64,000 bases of DNA from Candidatus Aquilonibacter sp. (lineage in GTDB: Bacteria; Verrucomicrobiota; Verrucomicrobiia; Limisphaerales; UBA11358), in assembly GCA_035504945.1 (NCBI GenBank), contig DATJRH010000032.1, positions 184,711 to 248,710 of the forward strand. The letters are read 5' to 3'. Position 1 is the first letter of the stretch, and each line of letters starts with the position of its first letter. The position numbers and the translations under genes are program-made. This document shows positions 54,905 to 64,000 of this stretch, piece after piece. Under the pieces are notes generated by a model. The model made no database searches and was not told the origin of the DNA. It was given only the letters and a program-made list of their open reading frames with translations.

Positions 54905-55471
54905 ATGTTTTACATCCCGATCATTTGCGGCAGCACGCGGCGAGACCGCCAAAGCATCAAAGTGGCGCGATTTGTCCTGAAGAAATTGCAGGAGCGCAAA
55001 GGCGTCGAAACCGAATTGCTCGACCTGCTCGAATATAACTTTCCCATCATGGAAGAGCGTTTGCATCGTCGCGACGACCCGCCGCCGCGCCTGCAGGAAT
55101 TCGGCGACAACATCGGTCGCGCGGATTCGTTCATCATTGTCACGCCCGAATACAACAACGGCTATCCGGGTGTCCTGAAAAACGCGCTCGATTATCTGCT
55201 GCCCGAATACGAACGCAAACCCGTCGGCATCGTGACCGTTTCCGCCGGTGGATTTGGCGGCATCAATTGTCTCGCGCAATTACGATTGGTTCTCATCGGC
55301 ATGGGCGCGGTTCCGATTCCCGAAAATCTATCTGTTTCGCGCGTGCACGACAGCTTCAAGGACGACGGCACTCCGAACGATCCCGTTTACAAAAAGCGCG
55401 CCGCCGAATTTCTCGATGAAGTCCTCTGGTTCACCGAAGCCATTGCCGACAGGAAAGCGAAGGGGAAATAA
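54905..55471 (+). CDS. NADPH-dependent FMN reductase family protein
   Basis: ICGSTRRDRQS and FIIVTPEYNNGYPGVLKNALDYL blocks. Confidence 0.85.
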   Translation: MFYIPIICGSTRRDRQSIKVARFVLKKLQERKGVETELLDLLEYNFPIMEERLHRRDDPPPRLQEFGDNIGRADSFIIVTPEYNNGYPGVLKNALDYLLPEYERKPVGIVTVSAGGFGGINCLAQLRLVLIGMGAVPIPENLSVSRVHDSFKDDGTPNDPVYKKRAAEFLDEVLWFTEAIADRKAKGK

Positions 55472-55546
55472 ATTCTGCGTCTCCATGCAAATTTCGCGGG
55501 GTGGTTGAGGCCGTAATTACGAAATTTCAGGAAAATCCTGTAGCGA

Positions 55547-55942
55547 TCACGCTTTGTATTGTTCGTCGCTGACCTTTTCCATCCAATCAACCGCTTTGCC
55601 GTCGAGTTGCTCCTGAATGGCGATGTGCGTCATGGCCGTCGTCGGTGATGCGCCGTGCCAATGTTTTTCTCCCGGCGCGAATTGGATCACGTCGCCCGGA
55701 CGGATTTCTTCAATCGGCCCGCCCCAACGTCGTGCGCGTCCGCAACCGGCAATCACGATGAGTGTCTGACCCAATGGATGCGTGTGCCACGCCGTCCGCG
55801 CGCCCGGTTCGAACGTGACACTGGCGCCGACCGCGCGCGCCGGTTCTTTTGGTTGAAACAGAGGATCAATGCGCACCGTGCCGGTGAACCAATCCGCCGG
55901 ACCTTTGCTGGAAGGTTGTGAGCCTGCTCTTTTGATTTCCAT
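55547..55942 (-). CDS. cupin domain protein
   Basis: [25 protein letters not shown].....GEKHWHGA is a cupin two-motif pattern. Confidence 0.8.
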   Translation of the reverse strand: MEIKRAGSQPSSKGPADWFTGTVRIDPLFQPKEPARAVGASVTFEPGARTAWHTHPLGQTLIVIAGCGRARRWGGPIEEIRPGDVIQFAPGEKHWHGASPTTAMTHIAIQEQLDGKAVDWMEKVSDEQYKA

Positions 55943-55991
55943 ATTGATTCCTTTCTTCGCTTATTGAATTCGCGGGAATTTGTATCCGCAT

Positions 55992-56576
55992 TCAAACCTT
56001 TAGCCGGCCACGGAATCCTCTGCCAGCATAATAAGATTCCGCGCCATTATGACCAACGAAGACGCGGCCGTAACGGCGATCACAATAGAGCGCGCCGCCG
56101 AGTTTGCGGATTTCCGCTGGCGTTTTAATCCAGCTCGACCGCTTGGTGTCGAACTCGCCGAGTTTTTGTAGCGACAAATATTCTTCTTCCGTCAAAAGCT
56201 CAACGCCCATCGCCGAGGCCAATCTCATCGCGCTGCCTTTAGGCTTGTGCTCCTTGCGCGAGGCCAAAGCTTCATCGTCGTAACAAAGGCTCACGCGACC
56301 TGACGGAGTTTGCTCCGAACAATCGAAGAAAATAAATTCGCCCGACTTTTTATCATGACCGACCACATCCGGTTCGCCGCCGGTGCGTTCCATTTCATTG
56401 AGCGACCACAACTTTTCCGGCTTTGCTTCCAATCGTGCCTGCACCTTGGCCCAATCCAGACCTTTATGGCGGCTCAGGTTTTTCTCAAACCGGTCTTTCA
56501 ACGCACCGAGCAGTTCCTCGCGTTGTTTTGGGGATAACTCCTTTTTATTGCTCTTCATTGATTGGAATTTAATCAT
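55992..56576 (-). CDS. DUF4256-like protein
   Basis: LSPKQREELLGALKDRFEKN..SLNEMERTGGEPDVVG recalls DUF4256, from memory. An alternative start is ATG 56558. Confidence 0.6.
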   Translation of the reverse strand: MIKFQSMKSNKKELSPKQREELLGALKDRFEKNLSRHKGLDWAKVQARLEAKPEKLWSLNEMERTGGEPDVVGHDKKSGEFIFFDCSEQTPSGRVSLCYDDEALASRKEHKPKGSAMRLASAMGVELLTEEEYLSLQKLGEFDTKRSSWIKTPAEIRKLGGALYCDRRYGRVFVGHNGAESYYAGRGFRGRLKV

Positions 56577-56606
56577 TCACCAAAAATTTACTGGTAAATT
56601 CTGAAA

Positions 56607-56849
56607 CTATTTCGCGCCGTCATCTTTAGAACTTAATCTGCTAAGAGCTTGCTTGAATAATTGTTCCAATGACTTATTGGACGTGCGAATTGCGACATCA
56701 TCCGGTAATCCAACAAGATGATTCCAAGTCTCCTTTGAAATTAAATCTTTTGGTGGCAGATCAGGGATTTCCGAGCCAAGTGCGAAATCACTTGGTTCCA
56801 AAGCAATTCGCACTGCTCGAAAATCATCATTTGGTAACGGCTTTGCCAT
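56607..56849 (-). CDS. small hypothetical protein (80 aa) in an AT-rich stretch
   Basis: MAKPLPNDDFRAVRIALEPSDFALG... This is the only part of the 359-aa ORF 56607..57686 that lies outside thiC. It is compositionally distinct and has no recognisable domain. Confidence 0.35.
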   Translation of the reverse strand: MAKPLPNDDFRAVRIALEPSDFALGSEIPDLPPKDLISKETWNHLVGLPDDVAIRTSNKSLEQLFKQALSRLSSKDDGAK

Positions 56850-56863
56850 TCTCCAAAATGCGT

Positions 56864-59025
<2,162 letters not shown>

Positions 59026-59028
59026 TAA

Positions 59029-59057
59029 ACACTAGGCTGACTCGCACGCAGCGTCAA
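59029..59057 (-). promoter_or_regulatory. sigma-70 type promoter candidate for the thiC leader
   Basis: TTGACG-N17-TAGTGT, just upstream of the aptamer. Confidence 0.45.
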
Positions 59058-59080
59058 GGTGCTTGCGCACGGCCATCGCG

Positions 59081-60472
59081 TCAAAGCCCGCGACCATGCA
59101 ATATGACGGCTGCGACGTTAAAAAAAATGACGATGCCCGTTACGTCCACAAGCGTGGCGACGAACGGCGCGGAGCAAACCGCCGGGTCGAGGCGAATCAA
59201 CCGTAAAAAAATCGGCAGCATCGCGCCCGCCAGGCTTCCCCAGAGCACAACGCAGATCAAGCTGACGCCCACCGTCAAGGCCAGCCAGGGATATTCCGTC
59301 CCGTATCCGCTGGGTCCGGCAAAGTGAAAAAATTGCCAGATAAAAACGCGGGTGACCCCGACACACGCCAGAATACAACCGAGCAAAAACCCGCTGGCGA
59401 TCTCGCGACGGAACACCTGCCACCAGTCCCGCAATAAAACATCGCGCACGGCCATGGCGCGGATGATGAGCGAGGTGGCCTGCGAACCGGAATTGCCGCC
59501 GCTGGAAAGAATCAATGGCACAAAGAACGCCAGGACAACGAATTTTTGGATTTCGCCGCCGTAATTTTGCATTGCCACGGACGTGAACATTTCACCGACG
59601 AACAAGACAGCCAGCCAGGGCGCGCGTTTTTTGACCATTTCAAAAATGCCGGTTTTCAAATACGGCGCTTCCAGGGCCTGCACACCGCCAAGTTTCTGGA
59701 TGTCCTCGGTGGCTTCCTTTTCGGCCACGTCCAGGATGTCATCCACCGTGATGACACCCAGCAGCACGTCCTGCGAATCCACGACGGGCAGCACCGTGAC
59801 GTCATATTTTTTGAATACGGTGACGGCGGTTTCCTGGTCTTCGGTCGCGCGCAACGCGAGATTTTGATGCTCGAGCAATTCGGTGACGGGCGTCTCCGGC
59901 GCGGCGACGACCAGTTTTCTCAAACCGACGAAATCCACCAGGCGGTTTTTTTCATCCACGACGAAAAGCTGTCCCATCGCGTCGCGCTTGTCGCGCTCAC
60001 GGCGCAAATGTTCAAGCACGCCGGCGACCGTCCAATTCTGTTTGATGGCGACATATTCAGGCGTCATGCGCCGGCCAATGGATTTTTCGGGATAGCCGAG
60101 CAGTTCCGTGGCGATTTTGCGCTCGTTCGGATTGAGCAAGCCCAAAAGTTTTTGCGTGGCGGCGGCGGGCAGTTCCTCCAGCAGGCGTGTGCGGTCGTCG
60201 GGCGCGATGTCGTTCAAAATTTGCGCGACCTGTTCGTTGCCGAGCGCATGCAGCGTTTTTTCCTGGTCATCCAGCGGCAAATATTCAAAAACCTCCGCCG
60301 CCAAATCGCGCGGCAGCAGCCGCAAAAGAACAGCTTCGTCGCCCGGATTCAAATCCACGAAAATTTCCGCAATGTCCGCGGGAGCGAAGTCGCAAAGAAT
60401 TTCACGCAGGCCGACAAAATCGCGTTTGCGGATCAACTCGACCAGTTCGGGCATGAGTAAATTGCCAATCAT
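59081..60472 (-). CDS. mgtE: magnesium transporter MgtE
   Basis: N-domain, tandem CBS domains, and a C-terminal five-TM MgtE domain (PLILSSGGNSGSQ). Confidence 0.95.
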   Translation of the reverse strand: MIGNLLMPELVELIRKRDFVGLREILCDFAPADIAEIFVDLNPGDEAVLLRLLPRDLAAEVFEYLPLDDQEKTLHALGNEQVAQILNDIAPDDRTRLLEELPAAATQKLLGLLNPNERKIATELLGYPEKSIGRRMTPEYVAIKQNWTVAGVLEHLRRERDKRDAMGQLFVVDEKNRLVDFVGLRKLVVAAPETPVTELLEHQNLALRATEDQETAVTVFKKYDVTVLPVVDSQDVLLGVITVDDILDVAEKEATEDIQKLGGVQALEAPYLKTGIFEMVKKRAPWLAVLFVGEMFTSVAMQNYGGEIQKFVVLAFFVPLILSSGGNSGSQATSLIIRAMAVRDVLLRDWWQVFRREIASGFLLGCILACVGVTRVFIWQFFHFAGPSGYGTEYPWLALTVGVSLICVVLWGSLAGAMLPIFLRLIRLDPAVCSAPFVATLVDVTGIVIFFNVAAVILHGRGL

Positions 60473-60504
60473 CCGCCGAATGAAACGAAATTTTCCGCCG
60501 CGCG

Positions 60505-60541
60505 TAAAACAAAAAGCCGTTCCGCATCACACGGAACGGCG
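60505..60541 (-). terminator. rho-independent terminator after the Fe-S carrier gene
   Basis: The minus strand reads GCCGTTCCG-tgtgat-CGGAACGGC followed by TTTTTGTTTT. Confidence 0.8.
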
Positions 60542-60574
60542 TTGTTAGGCCTGAATCAGGGCGATCAATCTTGT

Positions 60575-60922
60575 TCAAGCCTCAAAGGATTTTCCACAGC
60601 CGCAGCTTTGTTTCGCGTTCGGATTGGAAATCTTGAAACCGCCGCCAACCAGCGCGTCGCTGAAATCCACGACCGTCCCGCGCAAATAATTTGCGCTGAT
60701 CGGGTCCACCAAAATGCAGACACCGTTTTCCCCGGAAACAAAGTCGCCGTCGCGCTTTTCGTCAAAAACCATGCCGTATTGCATTCCCGAACAGCCGCCC
60801 TGCTCGACGTAAAGCCGGAAATTTTTCCCGGCATTTTCCGACCGCGACAGCAGCAACCGGCACTCCTCGGCGGCACGCTCTGTGAGGCCGGCGATTTTTT
60901 CAGTTGTGGCAGTTTCGATCAT
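60575..60922 (-). CDS. iron-sulfur cluster insertion/assembly protein (IscA/ErpA/HesB family)
   Basis: RLYVEQGGCSGMQYG and the C-terminal SCGCGKSF cysteine ligands. Start set at MIETATT (60922). Confidence 0.85.
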   Translation of the reverse strand: MIETATTEKIAGLTERAAEECRLLLSRSENAGKNFRLYVEQGGCSGMQYGMVFDEKRDGDFVSGENGVCILVDPISANYLRGTVVDFSDALVGGGFKISNPNAKQSCGCGKSFEA

Positions 60923-61066
60923 GCTGTCTTCTAGTGGCACCATAAATGCGCTTTGCTTGACTGTCAATGGCCGAACCTTTTTTGTTGTCGCGGCGGACAA
61001 ATTGAGCCATGTTGCCATCGAACATTTTCAGGAGCATTTTAATTTGTCGGATGACGAGCCGTTTCC

Positions 61067-62113
61067 ATGTCATCGAATCAACCAGGGAAAAAAATCGGCG
61101 GCTCCGCGGGTGAAAATCCGCCGGACCTGCTTCAGGAGGATTCCGCGTGCGGCGTGCTGGTGGTGGACGCGCGCGGGCGCATCGCCGCCTGCACACCCGA
61201 AGCCGCCGCGCAGTTACGCCTCAACGCGGCCAAATTGTCGGGCGCGGACTTGGATTCGCTGCCGCCGCCGTTGGCAAAATTGATTCGCAAAACGGCAACC
61301 GGCGGCAAGCCGGTGGCGAACCGGGAAATTTCGCTGGACACGGCGACGACGTTGCACGCGAGCGTGCTGCCCGTGAAATCGGAAATCGTCGTCGTGCTGA
61401 ATCATTTTTGCCCAACGCAAGGCCACGAGCAAAACATGAGACGGCTCGACCAGCTCGCCAGCCTCGGAACCCTTTCAGCGGGCATGGCGCACGAAATCAA
61501 AAATGGCATGGTCGCCATCCGAACGTTCGTCGAGCTGCTGCTGGAAAAAGGGCAGGATGCCGAATTGAACGAAGTCGTCGGACGCGAATTAAAGCGCATT
61601 GACGGCATCGTAACGCAAATGCTCCGGCTGGCGGCGCCGCGGCCGGCGGCCTTCACCACCGTGCGCGTCCATCAGGTGATCGACCGCTCGCTACGGCTCG
61701 TGCAACACCAGCTCGACGCAAAATTAATTTCACTCCGGCGTAATTACCGCGCCGAAACCGACGCCGTGCGTGGCGATGACGCACAGTTGCAGCAGGCTTT
61801 TCTGAATCTGCTTTTCAATGCAATTGAAGCGATGGGGGCAAACGGAGTTTTGACCGTCGGCACAGAAATCGCCGTCGCGGAAAACGACGCGCGAAAATTG
61901 ACGGTTCAAATCCAAGACACGGGCATGGGCATCGTCCCGGAAAATCTCGGACGGCTGTTCGAGCCATTTTTCACGACGAAAAAAAACGGCACGGGTTTGG
62001 GGCTGGCCATCACCCACCGCATTGCGCTCGAACATCACGGCGCGATTGAGGCGTGGAGTGAAGTCAACCGCGGCTCGGCGTTCAGCTTCTCGTTGCCGGT
62101 TTTTGTTGAGTGA
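61067..62113 (+). CDS. cytoplasmic sensor histidine kinase (PAS-HisKA-HATPase, NtrB-like)
   Basis: H-box LGTLSAGMAHEIKNGM, N-box LLFNAIEAM, G-boxes DTGMGI and GTGLGLAI. No TM segments. Confidence 0.8.
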   Translation: MSSNQPGKKIGGSAGENPPDLLQEDSACGVLVVDARGRIAACTPEAAAQLRLNAAKLSGADLDSLPPPLAKLIRKTATGGKPVANREISLDTATTLHASVLPVKSEIVVVLNHFCPTQGHEQNMRRLDQLASLGTLSAGMAHEIKNGMVAIRTFVELLLEKGQDAELNEVVGRELKRIDGIVTQMLRLAAPRPAAFTTVRVHQVIDRSLRLVQHQLDAKLISLRRNYRAETDAVRGDDAQLQQAFLNLLFNAIEAMGANGVLTVGTEIAVAENDARKLTVQIQDTGMGIVPENLGRLFEPFFTTKKNGTGLGLAITHRIALEHHGAIEAWSEVNRGSAFSFSLPVFVE

Positions 62114-62171
62114 TGGAACGCCGGTCCTGCGAAAGTCTTAAATTGAAACGACGTTCCATTTTATCCAGACT

Positions 62172-63209
62172 GTGGACGTGAAAGCCGCCGTTCTGCACGG
62201 GAAGGAAAAAATTCTCATCGAAGAAATCGCGCCGCCGCCGCTCAAATCCGGCGAAGTCCGCATCCGCATCGAGGCCGCGCTCACCTGCGGCACCGACCTC
62301 AAGGTTTTCAAGCGCGGCTACCACGCGAAGATGATTGTGCCGCCCGCCGTCTTCGGCCACGAACTTTCCGGCGTGATTTCGGAAATCGCACCGGAAATCC
62401 ACGACTGGAAAATCGGCGACCGCGCCGTCGTCGCCAATTCCGCACCGTGCGGGGGATGTTTTCATTGCCGCGCCGGCCAGGAAAATCTCTGCGAAGATTT
62501 GTTGTTTCTCAACGGCGCTTACGCCGAATCGGTTGTTGTTCCCGCCCGGCTCGTCCAGAAAAACCTGTTGCGCTTGAAACCGGAAACGGATTTCCGTGAC
62601 GCCGCGCTGGCCGAACCGCTCGCGTGCGTCGTGCAAGGCGTCGAGGACACGAATCTCCGCGCGGGACAAAAGATTTTGATTCTCGGCGCGGGACCGATTG
62701 GCTTGATGTTCACCGCGCTGGTAAAAAATCTCGGCTGCGAAGTGACGGTCGCCGGCCGCCGCGCAGCACGATTGGAGGCGGCCAAAAATCTTGGCGCGGC
62801 GCAGGTCATTGACATCGGCGACGGCGCGGATTTAGTTTCAAAAGTCCGAGCAAGGACGCATACACATTTTGACGCGGTAATTGAAGCGGTCGGGCGGCCG
62901 GAAGTCTGGGAAGCTGCCGTGCATCTGGTGCGCAAGGGCGGCACGGTGAATTTTTTTGGCGGCTGCGCTTCGGGCACGACCATCACGCTGGACACGACCT
63001 TGATTCATTATTCCAACCTGACGCTGCTGGCGAGCTTTCATCACACGCCAAAAACGATCCGGCGCGCGCTGGGATTCATCGAGGCGGACATTGTTCACTC
63101 GCGCGATTTTGTGGACGGCGAATGTCCGCTGACGCACTTGCCGGAATTGTTCAAGTCGATGGCAGCGGGAAATCATGCGATCAAGACCTTGATCCGCGTG
63201 CATGAATGA
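62172..63209 (+). CDS. zinc-dependent alcohol dehydrogenase (MDR family)
   Basis: CGTDLKVF..GHELSGVI catalytic zinc site, structural zinc C..C..C..C (CGGCFHCRAGQENLC), and Rossmann GAGPIGL. Start is GTG 62172 or 62178. Confidence 0.85.
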   Translation: MDVKAAVLHGKEKILIEEIAPPPLKSGEVRIRIEAALTCGTDLKVFKRGYHAKMIVPPAVFGHELSGVISEIAPEIHDWKIGDRAVVANSAPCGGCFHCRAGQENLCEDLLFLNGAYAESVVVPARLVQKNLLRLKPETDFRDAALAEPLACVVQGVEDTNLRAGQKILILGAGPIGLMFTALVKNLGCEVTVAGRRAARLEAAKNLGAAQVIDIGDGADLVSKVRARTHTHFDAVIEAVGRPEVWEAAVHLVRKGGTVNFFGGCASGTTITLDTTLIHYSNLTLLASFHHTPKTIRRALGFIEADIVHSRDFVDGECPLTHLPELFKSMAAGNHAIKTLIRVHE

Positions 63210-63215
63210 TCCAAA

Positions 63216-64000
63216 TCAAGGCGTCAAAAAATCTTCCAGCGTCGTGTGCATTTTTTTCAAGTCCGGCAGGTTGACATACATCATGTGACCGGCGGCGAAT
63301 TGGACATAGGTGATGTTTGTGCGATAGGCCGGATCGAGTTGCATGTGGTCAATCGCGTAATGCACCGTATCAATCGGGCAGACCAAGTCGCACCGCCCGC
63401 CGAGCACGAGCACGCGCATATAGGGATTTTGGTTCATCACGGATGCGAGCTTGTCGGCGACACTGGGGTAGCTGTTGCGGGCGCCGTAATTCCACGGTTG
63501 GACGCCGGCGAGAATTTCGTAGGGCAAATCGTCCTTGAATTTCAATTCATCGCGGACGTAGGAATTCATCGCGGCAGAAAACGGCCCGAATGTCGCCGCC
63601 ATGGACGGATCAAAATCGGGATACGGCGACGCGGGATCATCGTCGCGGCCGGTGATGCGCGCGTCGTAGGCGCCGAGAATCAAACCCTGATCGTGCAGCA
63701 ATTGTTTCCGGAAAACACCCTCGTCAATCCGCAAATTGTTGTCCTCAATGACCTGCGGCGTGAGGCCGGTGAGCCGCGCGAGTTCAGCGACGACTTTTCC
63801 TCGTTCGGCGGCGGGAAGCGAATCGCCCTGTTGCAACGCGGAAGCGTATTCGCCTTTCGCAAATTCACGCGCCTCGGCGAGCGCCTTCGGCAAATTGGTT
63901 TCCAAGTCCGGCGGCAATTTGTTGTGGAACTGTGCCGCCGCCGTGTAAGCGGGCAGGAACAGCGGATACGGCAGGTCGTTGCCCGGGTTGTCGTCAATCG
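63216..64000 (-). CDS. peptidase S10 (serine carboxypeptidase) family protein, C-terminal part (gene continues past window end)
   Basis: The frame stays open to the window edge upstream of the listed start. C-terminal LVLGGRCDLVCP and FAAGHMMYV (catalytic His context) are S10-like. Confidence 0.7.
   Translation of the reverse strand, partial: IDDNPGNDLPYPLFLPAYTAAAQFHNKLPPDLETNLPKALAEAREFAKGEYASALQQGDSLPAAERGKVVAELARLTGLTPQVIEDNNLRIDEGVFRKQLLHDQGLILGAYDARITGRDDDPASPYPDFDPSMAATFGPFSAAMNSYVRDELKFKDDLPYEILAGVQPWNYGARNSYPSVADKLASVMNQNPYMRVLVLGGRCDLVCPIDTVHYAIDHMQLDPAYRTNITYVQFAAGHMMYVNLPDLKKMHTTLEDFLTP

Noticed and set aside
60473-60574. An Mg2+ (M-box) riboswitch expected upstream of mgtE.
   Set aside because: The intergenic region is only about 100 nt and is largely occupied by the terminator of the upstream Fe-S carrier gene. 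I saw no M-box-like conserved blocks.

Overview
GC-rich chromosomal segment. By inference it comes from a Verrucomicrobiota or Planctomycetota-like bacterium: G|FTLVE prepilin-like genes, many glycoside hydrolases, frequent 4-nt gene overlaps. About 70 genes are supportable. In window order: (1) a surface-glycan cluster at 1-6014 with a nucleotidyltransferase, an epimerase, GT9 and two GT4-type transferases, plus a convergent methyltransferase and sulfotransferase; (2) tRNA-Leu(CAA); (3) hisF; (4) two tandem pseudopilin-like genes, each with a sigma-54 type -24/-12 motif and a conserved leader; (5) an ABC-2 exporter operon; (6) hisB; (7) an ECF sigma/anti-sigma unit; (8) a minus-strand mreB-mreC-mreD-mrdA-rodA-RNase G/E operon; (9) GH95; (10) a tRNA with CAU anticodon; (11) a CHASE hybrid histidine kinase; (12) a LysR/pirin/nitroreductase locus with an AT-rich EIIA(Ntr)-like gene; (13) a five-gene CAZyme operon (three Tat-signal GH28-like paralogs, GH3, GH97) behind a perfect TGTGA-N6-TCACA palindrome; (14) an RRM protein; (15) a nine-gene minus-strand run from an aldo/keto reductase through an ECF42-like sigma, VOC, three DGPF/YciI paralogs and SRPBCC to a BNR propeller coupled to a GG-terminated MoaD-like protein; (16) thiC with its TPP riboswitch; (17) mgtE, an A-type Fe-S carrier, a histidine kinase, an alcohol dehydrogenase and a partial S10 peptidase. 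The best candidates for something new are the ECF42-like module with a duplicated candidate promoter, the BNR plus ubiquitin-like pair, the sigma-54/leader-controlled pseudopilin duplication, and a small duplicated ORF family with one copy interrupted by TAG. I saw no rRNA, CRISPR array, transposase or integrase. All calls rest on motif recognition by eye; no searches or computations were run.
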